DNA of 64,000 nt from Planctomycetota bacterium (GTDB lineage: Bacteria; Planctomycetota; UBA1135; UBA2386), in assembly GCA_046290465.1 (NCBI GenBank), contig JBKAGP010000001.1, forward strand, positions 4,000,001-4,064,000. Reading direction: 5' to 3'. Shown here piece by piece: positions 1 through 10,278 of the stretch. The notes under the pieces were generated by a model. It ran no database searches and was not told the origin of the DNA. It worked only from the letters and a program-made list of their open reading frames with translations. Positions within the stretch are counted from its first letter, which is position 1. Each line of letters opens with the position of its first letter. Both the position numbers and the translations under genes were made by a program.

Positions 1-345
1 GTGCTCGCGGTTGTAGTTGCTGTTGCCGCCCCCCGCCTTCGCGTAGCTGGCGTTCTTGTAGAGGTCGATGACGTTACCGGAGTCCGTCGGGTCTTGGTCG
101 GCGGCCTCAAGCACATCCCAGGTGTCGGTGGCCGAGCTTGTGTAGGGGACACGCGTGTGGTCGTCGATCAGCTCATGGAGCGAGAGGCGGAGCTCCGCGG
201 GTGTCCCGGCCTGGACGGACGCGTAGTAGTTCCGCGATTCCTCGCAGCTAGGCGCTTTCGACGGGGACGGCGATGATGCGTGCCCTGCGACGAGGAAGGC
301 AACTGCGGGAATCGCGAGCAGTTCGCGGAACAGGCGAGGACGCAT
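1..345 (-). CDS. Secreted endonuclease I / Bsn-like extracellular nuclease, N-terminal part (runs off the window)
   Basis: Not in the ORF track. Manual translation after an AAGGAG RBS: MRPRLFRELLAIPAVAFLVAG...NYYASVQ...LRLSLHELIDDHTRVPYTSSATDTWDVLEAADQDPTDSGNVIDLYKNASYAKAGGGNSNYNREH. Signal peptide plus the NREH motif of the endonuclease I family. Confidence 0.85.
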   Translation of the reverse strand, partial: MRPRLFRELLAIPAVAFLVAGHASSPSPSKAPSCEESRNYYASVQAGTPAELRLSLHELIDDHTRVPYTSSATDTWDVLEAADQDPTDSGNVIDLYKNASYAKAGGGNSNYNREH

Positions 346-1147
346 GGTGGATCTCCTTCGGGTTCTTCTACCCGAGGCTCCTTCTACTCCTGACTCGGCG
401 AAGGCGCGAGCCCCCATTTCGCGAAGCCCGCACTGGAGTCATGCTGTCGCACAGGCGCGCCACGCACTCGCACACGGCCTACGCATTTGGTCGCACCTTG
501 ACGACCCAGCTGAGCACACCGAATGTGGTGGCTTCACATCATTCTGGGCACACGATATTGCACCCAACTCACGAGGTGGCAAGTTTGACTCCCAACAGGG
601 TGGCCATCGGCTCAAGTGAACCGTGATCGAAGTCACTTCACAGAACTTCGAAGCGAGGGACACGTCGCCGGTTGCTGCGTCCAAGACGCAACGCGCTTTG
701 AGCGCATGACGAGCATCCCAGGGATGCGACAACCGCGTCTAGCGGGTTCGCAAATTCGCATCCTCCTCGAACACTGCGATTTCACGTAAAGGGGGCACCT
801 CGCACGAGCGTTCGCACCTCGAACACCACGACGCGCGTGCGGTGGCACTGCGCAGCGTGAACGGCGCCTTCGGCTCATGTCAAACGCCCCACATACGTAG
901 GCCCCCCGCGCAACAGCCACCGAGAATCGGTCAGCATCCCGGCAGCACCAGGCCACTCCCTTTTCCGCAAGCATCAAGCTCGGCGGACTCGCTCACGAGA
1001 CCCAGCCATCGCGGCGCACGCTCCACCGAGCGGGTTGACAGCCGCGCCTCCCGCGGCAACATGTAGCACACCCGCACTCTAGGTGCGACTTCATGCTTCG
1101 CCCAACGTGGGTGAAGTGTTTCTGACCCCGTGAAGAAGGAAAGTGCG

Positions 1148-1573
1148 ATGTCCGCAAAGACGTTAGCGTTGTTGCTCCCGTGCCTATTGGCACTCCTGGT
1201 GGCTGCTTCCCCCAGCACCGATGACACCCATGGCAACTCCGTTTGCTGGGAACAAGCCGAAGCGATGGGCTGGGCAGTCGTTCGGTTGGCCCCGCTCGAG
1301 GAAGAGGAGGAGGAAGAGGAAGAAGAGCCCGAGGCGGGCTGCGTTGGCCAGAGCGGCGGGCCCAGCTGGTGCACGCTGTTCACAGACTGCACGGACTGCG
1401 GCGTGCCGAACCGCGTGACGGTGGCAACGGGCTACATCACCGCGTGCTCCGACCCTGACGAGTGCGGCTGGATCGGAAGCCCTGGCACCCAGAGTTGCAC
1501 GTGCAACTCGGGGCAACCGTCATGGAACCAGTGCTTCAGCTGCACGACGCATCCTCCGGGAACAGGCGTCTAA
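1148..1573 (+). CDS. Small secreted protein with a poly-Glu run and a 10-Cys C-terminal domain
   Basis: AAGGA upstream of ATG 1148; signal-peptide-like N-terminus; E10 run; 10 Cys in the last ~78 aa. Confidence 0.7.
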   Translation: MSAKTLALLLPCLLALLVAASPSTDDTHGNSVCWEQAEAMGWAVVRLAPLEEEEEEEEEEPEAGCVGQSGGPSWCTLFTDCTDCGVPNRVTVATGYITACSDPDECGWIGSPGTQSCTCNSGQPSWNQCFSCTTHPPGTGV

Positions 1574-1621
1574 AGGCCTCCCCCACTCACCAAACGACGA
1601 CCTCTGCGCCTCACCGTCAAG

Positions 1622-3469
1622 ATGAAGATCCTACTCGTGGTTCTATTGGCCCTCGCAGGCCTTGCCTGGCTCGGCATGAGCTACGCCGGAGCGGGCCTTG
1701 CCCCTCGCGCCGGTGAGGCGCAGACCCCTCAAACCCCAAGCGCGCATGCCAGCGCCTCAAAGCAGGACATCCTGCCACCAAGTCCGCCCGAGCGCTTCAC
1801 GGTGCTTGATGACCAGTCTGAAGCTGCTGAACCCGCGCCCATAAAGCAGCCCGCGACGGTTCGTATTGGCGGCGTCGTTGTCAACGAGCATGGCGCCCCT
1901 ATGACGGCGGTGCGAGTCGAGTTTCGCTCCCCGCTCGAGTCCGTAATTTCGGGCAAGGACCGCGGATTTCGGTCTGCTGTTGTCGACGCAAACGGTCAAT
2001 TTGCCGTAGACCTGCCAACGTCTGCATATGATGAGTCAGCGCACTACGCGATCATGGGCAAGCCCGCCGATGGTGAGCCGATTTGCCATGGCGTCGGCTA
2101 CATCAGCGTAGCCCCCGACATCGTGCTAACTGGGCACTCACGAAGTGGCGAGGGGTGGGAACTCACAGGCTCGGTGCGCCTGCAGAGTTCAGTGCGACAC
2201 AAAGGCATGATGTTGCTGACAACTGCACGCAGCCGGAAAAACCTCGGCATCATGCGGTTTGATGGCAACGAGATCGATGTGCACATTCAAAGCCCTTATT
2301 CGTCTTTGCGCAGTGTCGCCGACCCTGTTGTCCTAATGATATTTGATGCGGAAACGCGATTCTGCCTACACACTCGCGAGTTCGCATCTCTCAATGAGTG
2401 CTCCAGACTGCTGGAGAGTGGCTACGAGGTCCCCATTTTCCGCTACGGGCTCAAGCCATCCGTTGCGGCCGCCGGACCGGACGTTGGCTGGATCAAGATC
2501 CGTGCAGCGGCCACCAAGATGGGCGGCGATCGCGAGGGGAGCGTCCACGACGGCGTCTTTTCTTTTCTATCTAGCGCTCAGACAATATTAGTCTCATCAA
2601 CGGGGCGAGCGGAAGACGGCACGTGGGTCTCGGCGGTCCAACTGCCTTCACACGACGCAACTGTTCCGATCCCCCTGGGCTCGCGCCTGCCAGGCGCATG
2701 CACCCTTGAAGCAAGGGTTCTCTCAGCAGACGGAGCACCCGCTACCGATGCCCGCGTCCGAATGCAGCTTGAAGCGGAACTAGAGGGTGGCACGCAGGTG
2801 ATTCACGAACAACGCGGAACCACTAACGAAGACGGAGCGGTCTCCATGACGGGCCTACCAAGCGGTCGCTACAGGGCCCGCATTAGCGGCCCGGGTCTGC
2901 AGACCCGGAGCTTTCCGTGGCATCTTCCTAGCGGCCCCATGCTAATCGAAGTAGCCAAGTCCGCCTCCGTTGCACTTGACATACGATCCAACGGCCAACC
3001 TTGGGAGGCCAGCGATCTTCGTTTGTACGTGCGCACGACTGGCAAGGAATGGACCCTTCGGCGCTTACCGACAGTTGGCAATGACCTATGTGTCGTTGAC
3101 AACATCCCGGTCGGACCAGTGGACCTGGTCCTGTTTACCGGTGAATACCATGCCCACACAAGCTGCGAGCTAACGGCCGGCCTTATGCACCGCGTCCCCA
3201 TGCAGCTCGGCCGCTCGCGGCGCATTTCGGGACAAGCGCGATCGCCCGATGCGACGCCGGCGACTGGGGTGCGATTGCACGTCTCCCTCGCGGAGGGGGG
3301 TATGGTGTTCCCGCGAATGACGATCGACACAAACGGGGCAGGCTCGTTCGCCGTAACAGTGCCGGGCTCAGGGCTGGCACAGATCGCGCCCGCCAGCCCG
3401 ACAATACGACTCGACGCGCACGCGACTGAGAGCGTTGACCACCTCGAGATTACCGTGAGGCCAAAGTAG
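1622..3469 (+). CDS. Membrane-anchored or secreted protein with carboxypeptidase-regulatory-like (beta-sandwich) repeats
   Basis: N-terminal hydrophobic segment; repeated G-x-V...G-x-P...A-x-V and T..DG.F motifs (GVVVNEHGAPM, ARVLSADGAPATDARV, GTTNEDGAVSMTGLPSGRY). Confidence 0.7.
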   Translation: MKILLVVLLALAGLAWLGMSYAGAGLAPRAGEAQTPQTPSAHASASKQDILPPSPPERFTVLDDQSEAAEPAPIKQPATVRIGGVVVNEHGAPMTAVRVEFRSPLESVISGKDRGFRSAVVDANGQFAVDLPTSAYDESAHYAIMGKPADGEPICHGVGYISVAPDIVLTGHSRSGEGWELTGSVRLQSSVRHKGMMLLTTARSRKNLGIMRFDGNEIDVHIQSPYSSLRSVADPVVLMIFDAETRFCLHTREFASLNECSRLLESGYEVPIFRYGLKPSVAAAGPDVGWIKIRAAATKMGGDREGSVHDGVFSFLSSAQTILVSSTGRAEDGTWVSAVQLPSHDATVPIPLGSRLPGACTLEARVLSADGAPATDARVRMQLEAELEGGTQVIHEQRGTTNEDGAVSMTGLPSGRYRARISGPGLQTRSFPWHLPSGPMLIEVAKSASVALDIRSNGQPWEASDLRLYVRTTGKEWTLRRLPTVGNDLCVVDNIPVGPVDLVLFTGEYHAHTSCELTAGLMHRVPMQLGRSRRISGQARSPDATPATGVRLHVSLAEGGMVFPRMTIDTNGAGSFAVTVPGSGLAQIAPASPTIRLDAHATESVDHLEITVRPK

Positions 3470-4344
3470 TGAGGCTCATTCACATTTTAGGCGCACCGAG
3501 TCTCGCACTCGCGCTCACTGCTTGCGCTCCTCCTGAGGCACAAGCTCACAACAACACCGATGTGACCCCCGCCATTGGCCATGCTATTGCCCGCCCTGCC
3601 GCCACAGGAATCGCGAGTTTGATCGAAGTGCCCGAGCCCGTAAGCTGGCTCGGTCATTTCGAATCGGGCTCAAAAGTAAGCGCGCGCTGGCAGGTGCGCA
3701 ATACCGCCGCAACCCCTGTTGACATCGCTGCCGTGGACGTTCGCTGCCGTTGCGGGCTTGAGGTCACTGCAGTCAACGCCGATGCACCCGCGCGTCGCGA
3801 CGCAATCGCGCGCATACCCGTGGGCGGCTCTATCGAGCTGGTTGCCACCGGATTCGCGAGCAAGAGCTGGCGCAACAAGAGAATCGAAATTGCAATCACT
3901 GCCGAGAGCGGCAGCGTCCTCGATCACGCCTCCCTCTGCCTCGTGGTCGAGCGCTGCCCTTGGGTCAGACCCGTAGAAGGCGTCATCGCGCTCGAGACCG
4001 ATGGCTGCGGTTTTGGTGGCGTGCTTCATCTAGAAACCGGAGCCCGCGTGCGTTGCAGCATCGCAGCCCTACCGGCCGGCGTAGAGGCGTTTCTTGATCA
4101 GTCGCTCGCGAGCTTCACGCAAACCCATGACGCGCTTCGCGTCATCCTCTGGGAGAGAGAGATGCGGGTTGACCAGGCGCAATTAGACAACTGCGTACTG
4201 AACCTGGAAGACCCCAAGTCAGGACGGGTGTGGCCCGTGCATATCCCGGTGGTGCGGAGCTGTTGGCGGGGCAGCCGCGCCACCCGGCCGGCGGGCATCG
4301 CGCAATCGCAGATGTTGCCGATACCCCTCGAAATGCAGCGGTGA
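3469..4344 (+). CDS. Putative lipoprotein with DUF1573-like Ig domain
   Basis: Lipobox-like LALTAC; VRNTAATPVDIAAVDVRCRC resembles the DUF1573 N..P..I..V...CxC motif; start overlaps the upstream stop. Confidence 0.55.
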   Translation: MRLIHILGAPSLALALTACAPPEAQAHNNTDVTPAIGHAIARPAATGIASLIEVPEPVSWLGHFESGSKVSARWQVRNTAATPVDIAAVDVRCRCGLEVTAVNADAPARRDAIARIPVGGSIELVATGFASKSWRNKRIEIAITAESGSVLDHASLCLVVERCPWVRPVEGVIALETDGCGFGGVLHLETGARVRCSIAALPAGVEAFLDQSLASFTQTHDALRVILWEREMRVDQAQLDNCVLNLEDPKSGRVWPVHIPVVRSCWRGSRATRPAGIAQSQMLPIPLEMQR

Positions 4345-4598
4345 GCGCAGATGCACGACGGCTAGGCAGCGCGGGACGTGACGGGCGCGCCAAGCCCGCG
4401 CTGTAGGGAGAGTCGGACGACGCGATGCAGGCCAGGCTATTACCGACACCTTGATGCGGCCTCATGGCTTCACATGCCGAGCATGGCCCGACAGGGCCCG
4501 CGCCGAACACCCGGCGGGCAATGGCGACACCGGAGCGTGTTGCCATCCCCACTCACATCGGGCGCGGCATGTGTGAGCATGGTGGCGCTGGATCAATG

Positions 4599-4743
4599 CG
4601 AGCACCCCGTCGAGCACCGCCTGGATCTGCTCCAGTGTCTTGCGCAGCGCGGCACGCTCCCGATCGGCCTGCTGGACTGCAGCGAGGATGCCGCCAACGC
4701 CCTCCATGGCAGCGGGACGCGGACGCGTTCTTGCGAGAGCCCC
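4599..4743 (-). pseudogene. Duplicated 3' fragment of the 5305-5667 DNA-binding gene
   Basis: DNA aligns with 5310-5453; encodes AAMEGVGGILAAVQQADRERAALRKTLEQIQAVLDG vs AAIEGVDSILAAVKQSEQERAALRKALQQIQAVLDG. Confidence 0.75.
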
Positions 4744-4782
4744 CGGGAACCAACGTGATGCTCGGGGCCATTCAACAATGTT

Positions 4783-5040
4783 ATGGCCTTCATACCGGAG
4801 TTCGATCTGTGCAAGTTCCACATGCGCTTGCTGGAAGCCAGAGTCGACGTCCGGCTGGGCAAATACGCGGACATGGTCGCCAAGTCGGCTGATCTCAAAG
4901 CAGCAGCCGTGCTAGGCAGTCTGCGGCCGACGTATCCGTCCGTCCTCGCCCGCCTTCTCAACCGGGCTTTTCCGCGACGAGCTCAAGAGACGATGGACCT
5001 GGTGGCGAAGGCGGTCAGGGCAATGTCCCTGATGGACTGA
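4783..5040 (+). CDS. Hypothetical protein or gene fragment
   Basis: 85-aa ORF with ordinary composition; no recognisable motif. Confidence 0.3.
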   Translation: MAFIPEFDLCKFHMRLLEARVDVRLGKYADMVAKSADLKAAAVLGSLRPTYPSVLARLLNRAFPRRAQETMDLVAKAVRAMSLMD

Positions 5041-5051
5041 GTCCTGACGGT

Positions 5052-5262
5052 GTGCTGTCCGGAAGTTGGCCGACGCCAACTCGGCCGCAATCCTGAGCTG
5101 CGCTTTTGCGCCAATTGCCGACTCACGTCCGCCCCGGTCGGATGAGCAAGCAGATCGGTGGCGGGGGTCGAAGTTGCCAGCCACGTCGTCATCGAGGACC
5201 CCGGCCGGCAGGTGACACGCCGATAGCTTCGAATCAGTTCAACGAGCCGCTCATTAGCACTC
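5052..5262 (-). mobile_element. Solo 3' end of the rve (integrase-core) transposase element
   Basis: GTGCTGTCCGGAAGTTGGCCGACGC tip plus ~155-nt trailer similar to 43453-43607; followed by the remnant ANERLVELIRSYRRV (cf. ADERLGGLLRSYRRVA). Confidence 0.75.
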
Positions 5263-5304
5263 GTCCGGGCCGGGCCTTGCGCCTCGCCCTCACGTGTCAC
5301 CCTC

Positions 5305-5667
5305 CTAGGCGAACGCCCCGTCGAGCACCGCCTGGATCTGCTGCAGCGCCTTGCGCAGCGCGGCACGCTCCTGCTCGCTCTGCTTTACTGCAGCGAGGAT
5401 GCTGTCAACGCCCTCGATGGCTGCGGGCGCGGACGCGTTCTTACGATGGCCCCCACCCCCACGCTTCTTCGGCCCTCCGGTCACGCGGGATCGCACGTTG
5501 TAGACGAGCGGCAGGGTGCAGCCGACCTTCTTCGCGATGTCGGTGGGCTTCATGCCGGTCTTGAGGAGGTCACGTATCTGGGCGGACTTGGAGCCGGCGT
5601 TGGACTTGCGGCCTTGCTTCTTGGTCGCCTTCTCTTCGGCCGTCGCCTTGCGCTTTTTGGTTGCCAT
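5305..5667 (-). CDS. Small basic HTH DNA-binding protein with C-terminal coiled coil
   Basis: Lys/Arg-rich N-terminus; KSAQIRDLLKTGMKPTDIAKKVGCTLPLVYNVRS fits an HTH; amphipathic C-terminal helix. Confidence 0.75.
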   Translation of the reverse strand: MATKKRKATAEEKATKKQGRKSNAGSKSAQIRDLLKTGMKPTDIAKKVGCTLPLVYNVRSRVTGGPKKRGGGGHRKNASAPAAIEGVDSILAAVKQSEQERAALRKALQQIQAVLDGAFA

Positions 5668-5750
5668 GATTGGCGAGCATGCATGCCTGACCGGCCAAGC
5701 GCAATCTGCATTGCTCGCTGTTCTGCCGCATTTGCTTAGGAATGTGACGA

Positions 5751-6275
5751 ATGGCGGCAGACGAGGACTGCCGGATGCGTAGTCTGGACCACGGAGAGAC
5801 CTGCGTGGCGATCACACACCAACGAAGGCCGGATGATCCCGCCCTTACACGATGCGGCCGATTGGTTACGGGCGGAGTTGAGCTAGCTGCTCATGCTCAC
5901 GCGCCAACATGCAGGACGTGCCTACGCTCGGCAACGAGGTCCGATGGTTCCAACGTCCCCGGGATCGGCGTCGCTCCGGGCGCAATGGTGCTGTTCGGCA
6001 GCTATCTGAGCTGCACGAGGCCGGGCACCTTCAGCCTCGATCACGTGGTCGAACACACCCCGGAGGGACAGACGATGCGTGCCGAAAGTGTCGACCGCGA
6101 TTCAGCTCGGGGCCGAATCCTCTGGGGTCAGATGTATCGGCGCCTGCGTGGTGCGGCTGCCCTGGTTGCGCGACGTTGCGGTTTGGATTGCATCGTCAGC
6201 GAGGGCGATGTTCGTGATGCCCGCGGTCTGCCGGTTCGCGATGTGACGAGTGAGTTGGTTCAGCAGCTGCGGTAG
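5751..6275 (+). CDS. Hypothetical protein, possible Zn-binding N-terminus
   Basis: 174-aa ORF divergent from the HTH gene; H..(TR)CG...TCRTC pattern. Confidence 0.4.
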   Translation: MAADEDCRMRSLDHGETCVAITHQRRPDDPALTRCGRLVTGGVELAAHAHAPTCRTCLRSATRSDGSNVPGIGVAPGAMVLFGSYLSCTRPGTFSLDHVVEHTPEGQTMRAESVDRDSARGRILWGQMYRRLRGAAALVARRCGLDCIVSEGDVRDARGLPVRDVTSELVQQLR

Positions 6276-6417
6276 CTTCGCCACCTGGATCGACGCCCCG
6301 ACCTGCGCCGCCTGCCGCGCACCCAGCTCCGTGGAGCTGCCTCATGTCCTCATGTTCGCGAACGACACCGCGTTCGATGCATGCCTGTCTTAGCCAGCGC
6401 AATCCTGCTGGCACCGG

Positions 6418-6807
6418 TCAGGCATCAAGCGCGGCCTGCAGCATCTGGATCGACTTCCTAAGCGCAGTCTTCAGACGCTCGACCTCTCCGTTGCGATGGC
6501 GTTCGATCTGCGCCGCGATGCTCTTGATCAACGCGTCGGGCTTGATCCCTCGCACGCCGCCGGACTTCTCAGGCTTCTCATCGAGAAGGCGGCGAGCGGC
6601 GTTCGCCGAAGCGGCGGTAACCCGAAGTCCGAACCCGTTCGCACGCTGCTTCATGGCCTCGAGAGTCATGTCGCGGTCAGCTTCGAGGCAGTGGATGCAG
6701 CAAAGCACGCTGTCCTTGATCCCAGGAAAGCGGGGCTCGAGCTCCCGGGAGATGGCGTCCCAGGCCGGAGTTCCGATGGTCTCGTTCTGCGTTTCGTTCG
6801 TGGTCAT
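6418..6807 (-). CDS. Hypothetical element-associated protein (MTTNETQNE...)
   Basis: GAGGA RBS; its 5' part is duplicated at 11199-11354; C-terminus EVERLKTALRKSIQMLQAALDA resembles that of 5305-5667. Confidence 0.75.
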   Translation of the reverse strand: MTTNETQNETIGTPAWDAISRELEPRFPGIKDSVLCCIHCLEADRDMTLEAMKQRANGFGLRVTAASANAARRLLDEKPEKSGGVRGIKPDALIKSIAAQIERHRNGEVERLKTALRKSIQMLQAALDA

Positions 6808-7181
6808 GTTGTTCCTCGTGGTCGTGAAGCCGGGAGATCCGGCGTGCTGACATGACCGCTCTGTTCGCCGACGACATCAAGTTGAGTTGCCAAGGATTCG
6901 GCGAGCCTCGCCAGGAATCTCCGACGGATCCCCCATCGACTTCCGGATCCGCCAGGCCAAACGTGACCGCCTCCCCTTGGCCTGGCTGGACGAGGGCCGG
7001 CCGGTCGACAGCGGCGCCAGCGCGGCCGCGGCGCCTGCTCGTGCCGCCAACGCTCGCCGAAGGGCCGACGGCCGGAGTGTGCAACGACCTTGGTCACAGC
7101 CTGAAACTGTTTGGCAAAACGCGGCACGATCGTCAAACGAAGGATGCTGTCACATCGCCCGACATGTGGTGCGGTTGGGCG
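6675..7181 (+). repeat. Direct repeat copy 1 (unit right-end module plus att left arm, no tRNA core)
   Basis: Near-identical to 11222-11740 over most of its length; includes GAGTGTGCAACGACCTTGGTCACAGCCTGA at 7075. Confidence 0.9.
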
Positions 7182-7571
7182 CAATCGGCACGACGGGGAA
7201 CGGCCGAAACGGGCGATTGGACGCACCTATTGGCCTGCTGCCGTCGGTGCTGGTGCAAGCGCAGGGACTCGCTTGCTGTCTCGTGGCGAGGTTGGCCGAC
7301 TTCCCGGGCACATCCCGCTGCCGCCTATTGAGCGGCCTTGCGCTCTGTAGCGGATCGATGCCACGGGGGCGGGGTAGTCCTCGTCCCCGAAGTGTTACGG
7401 GACACAGCAGCGGCGCGTGGCAGCGGCGGCGTGGTCAACGAGATGCACACGACTCAAGACCGGCGTGCTGCCCGCTGCCGAGGCGATCTGCCTGCCGAAC
7501 CGATTCCGGTAGCAGGCGGGGAATAGACCGAGGTGCGGTGCTTGCTGGGGAGCTAACATCGTGTTATCTTG

Positions 7572-7886
7572 ATGGCAGTGCTCGACAGCCACCAACAGTT
7601 CGCCATCCTAGGATTGCTGCGGTCCGGCGAGGTTCCGGGGCGACAGGTCCGGGAGCACCTGCAGAGGGAGGGGTTCCGATTCTCGCGACCGGCCTTCTAC
7701 GCGCTGATGAAGCGCATGGAGACGGCGGGCTACGTGCGCGGTAGCTACCGCCAAAAGGAAGTCGACGGCGTTGCGCTGCGCGAACGCTGGTACGAGATCA
7801 TCGCGGATGGCGCCGTGGCGTGGGAGGAGACCTGGGCCTTCTACATGCGCCAGGAGAAGCTGCGTCCAGCCAGAGGTGGATCGTGA
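7572..7886 (+). CDS. PadR-family winged-helix regulator
   Basis: ILGLL...G..VREHL...AFYALMKRMETAGYV...RWYEII.DG pattern. Confidence 0.85.
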   Translation: MAVLDSHQQFAILGLLRSGEVPGRQVREHLQREGFRFSRPAFYALMKRMETAGYVRGSYRQKEVDGVALRERWYEIIADGAVAWEETWAFYMRQEKLRPARGGS

Positions 7887-8902
7887 TTCGGCGTGCGCTC
7901 GACTTTGCTGTGGCGCTCGTGGGCCTCGTGCTACTTGCGCCCTGGTTCGTGACCTGTGGGGTCCTCGTCTGGCTGACGAGCGGCCCGATCCTCATTGCCG
8001 AAGTGCGAATCGGGCGGCACGGGCGGCCGTTCCGGGTTTGGAAGTTTCGCACGATGTGGACTGGCGACGAGCGGCGATCCATGCTCTTGCGAGACCGCCA
8101 GGCCGATGGGCCTGCCTTCAAGATGACGAGCGATCCGCGGATCACGCCGGTTGGGCGATTTCTGCGCAAGTTCTGTCTCGACGAGCTGCCTCTCTTGTTC
8201 AGCGTGCTGCGTGGCGACATGACGCTCGTCGGGCCGGCTCCGGTTCCCTTTGCCTGGCGCGATGCCGAATGGCATAGCGACGAAGAACGCGAATGGCTGC
8301 GCGTGCGCGCAACCGCAAAGCCCGGTCTGACCTGTCGCTGGGCGATCTACGGGAGTGGCCGGATGCCGTTCCGGGACTGGGTGCGGATAGACCTCGAGGA
8401 TGCGGCCCGCTCGCTGCCGTGGCGGGACGTGGCCCTGCTTGCCCATGCGTTCGCGCGATTCCTCGTAATGCTTTCTGCCGCGACGGTCGCCGGGGTCACC
8501 CTGATGGTTGCCGTCCCGTTCAAGTTCTTCTGGGGCCTTGTAGTCGTGAGCGCCGGCACCCTCGGCGGCATGCTGCGGTCTCGCAGTGGCGCGGGTGAAG
8601 AACAGGAGGTGCGCGGTGTCCGTGGGGCGCGAACGACCGCGGCTCGATACCGTCGAGTTGCGAGCCTGTTCGCGTTTGTGCTGCCACGGAAGGTGCGCGA
8701 GGACCTGTTCGAGCCCTCGCTCGAGGACCTGCTGCATGACTGGGCCAGCCATCGGCGCACGCATCGCGGCGTGTGGGCGTGGCGCTGGCTGCACGCCGTC
8801 TTCGTGCTGAAACTGGCCTGGCTCACGATCGAGTCGGTGCGCGCTGCGACCTGGAGTCTGGTGGTAGCCTACCTGACGCCCTGGCGGCGCCCGCGCAGCT
8901 GA
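7883..8902 (+). CDS. Bacterial sugar transferase (phosphoglycosyl transferase) with a membrane/helical C-terminal extension
   Basis: RRALDF...RIGRHGRPFRVWKFRTM...DPRITPVGRFLRKFCLDELP...GDMTLVGP...KPGLT; GTG start overlaps the padR stop. Confidence 0.85.
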   Translation: MIRRALDFAVALVGLVLLAPWFVTCGVLVWLTSGPILIAEVRIGRHGRPFRVWKFRTMWTGDERRSMLLRDRQADGPAFKMTSDPRITPVGRFLRKFCLDELPLLFSVLRGDMTLVGPAPVPFAWRDAEWHSDEEREWLRVRATAKPGLTCRWAIYGSGRMPFRDWVRIDLEDAARSLPWRDVALLAHAFARFLVMLSAATVAGVTLMVAVPFKFFWGLVVVSAGTLGGMLRSRSGAGEEQEVRGVRGARTTAARYRRVASLFAFVLPRKVREDLFEPSLEDLLHDWASHRRTHRGVWAWRWLHAVFVLKLAWLTIESVRAATWSLVVAYLTPWRRPRS

Positions 8903-9004
8903 TCACAAGCGCGACGGCGCAGTCCCCTCGCTGTCCCGGCGATGCGATCCGCGATGCTGCGGCCGGGGACGCATCATGCGCATCTCTGCACACCGCGGGC
9001 TGGC

Positions 9005-9723
9005 CGTCATGCCCGGAAACTGAGCCGTGCCATCCGAAAAGTCGGCGGATGCGACTAAGCACTGGCATCCTCGTCGTGTCCGAAGAGTCGGCCGACGCGA
9101 TTCGGGCGTGAATCGGTCGCTTGGATGTCGTCGATGAGCAGTTGGTCGCAGCCTGCGTGGGCCGAGTAGACAGACGGGTAGCGCGATTTAGTGTTGTTTG
9201 CCAGCCTGTCGCCGAGAACCTGGGCCGCCAGGCCGCGCGTCGATAGCTGCGAAGTCGTGGTGTCCGTAAACTCGGTCGGCGCTGATTCGGCCAGAATCCC
9301 GTGCTCCGATGGCGCGGATGGCCGATTCGCGCGAGCCTGGTTCGGCCGAGCTTCCAGATCGGTAGCCGGGGGCGAGGTCACCATCCGGGTTGTCCCGGAG
9401 GACCGAGGCCGTCAGGCCGAGTTGCGGTAGCTGCGAAGCGGTCCGCCAAGGCGCTAATCAGCGACGGCCACGGCACTGGCTGGCTGTTCGCACTTCCGTG
9501 GCGTGACCAGGTAGTTGCCCGGGCCCTGGTGCGGGCGATCGGCGTTGTAGTGTGCGACGTATTCGCTGAGTGCGCCGCAGGTGGCTCTCGCCGGAAACGA
9601 CCATCCAACTCAGGCACTCCCGCTTGACGCTCAGCACCCAGCGTTCGGCGAATGCGCCTCACGAACGACGCTGCGTTGTCGGCAACCATGAGCCGCGGCC
9701 CAGGAGAAAAGCGTCGACCTGGT
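9005..9723 (-). mobile_element. Stack of rve-element end tips and transposase C-terminal remnants
   Basis: Tips at 9005, 9027, 9073 and 9257; remnants encode EYVAHYNADRPHQG, AFAERWVLSVKRECLS and RLGGPLRSYR. Confidence 0.8.
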
Positions 9724-9769
9724 CCATGAGTTTGCGGTCCGCACGCGCCTTGAAGCTCGCCTTGTGATC

Positions 9770-10278
9770 GCGATCGGGCAAGACGGCAACTCCGAGCTGG
9801 CGCTCCCGCCTGCGATCGTGGCCCCGAACCTCCTCGCGGGATGGTAAAAACGGTCAGTGAGAGCTTGCGGACGCGACGCCGACGGCACGCGACGCGACCA
9901 CCTGGAGGCGGTCGGCGCCGCGCAGCGGCTCATCGTAGACGACCTCGGCGTGCGCAATCTGCCGGCGACAGCCTTCGAGGACCTGCTGCTCGCGGTGATC
10001 ATGCGCCGCTACGAGCGGGGGCAGCACGACCGTCACGTCAAACCGTCCCGTCGAACCTTGGGGCAAGCTGCTCGGCGACACCCCGGCCATTTCTGCGATG
10101 CTCGATCGGCTTCTCCATCACTCGAACGTCCTCAAGTGCGACCCGTGAATCTGGAGAACCAGGACTGACAAGAAGGGCGGCTCTACTCTGTGGTCTGGCC
10201 CCCGCGCCACTAACACCAAACGCTACACCCAACACGTCCACGTCGTCTGACTGGCCAATTTTAAACCGTTCCCCGAGG
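9770..10278 (+). pseudogene. istB: IS21-family istB (ATPase helper) remnant with probable IS end
   Basis: LIVDDLGVRNLPATAFEDLL..IMRRYER, then in another frame VTSNRPVEPWGKLLGDTPAISAMLDRLLHH; frameshifted with a stop; IS21-like end TGGCCAATTTTAAACCGTTCCCCGAGG near 10251-10277. Confidence 0.8.

Noticed and set aside
1..276. Plus-strand 91-aa ORF
   Set aside because: Shadow of the minus-strand nuclease gene, which has an RBS and family motif.
515..612. Degenerate rve-element end or tRNA-like fragment
   Set aside because: Similarity too weak to separate from chance.
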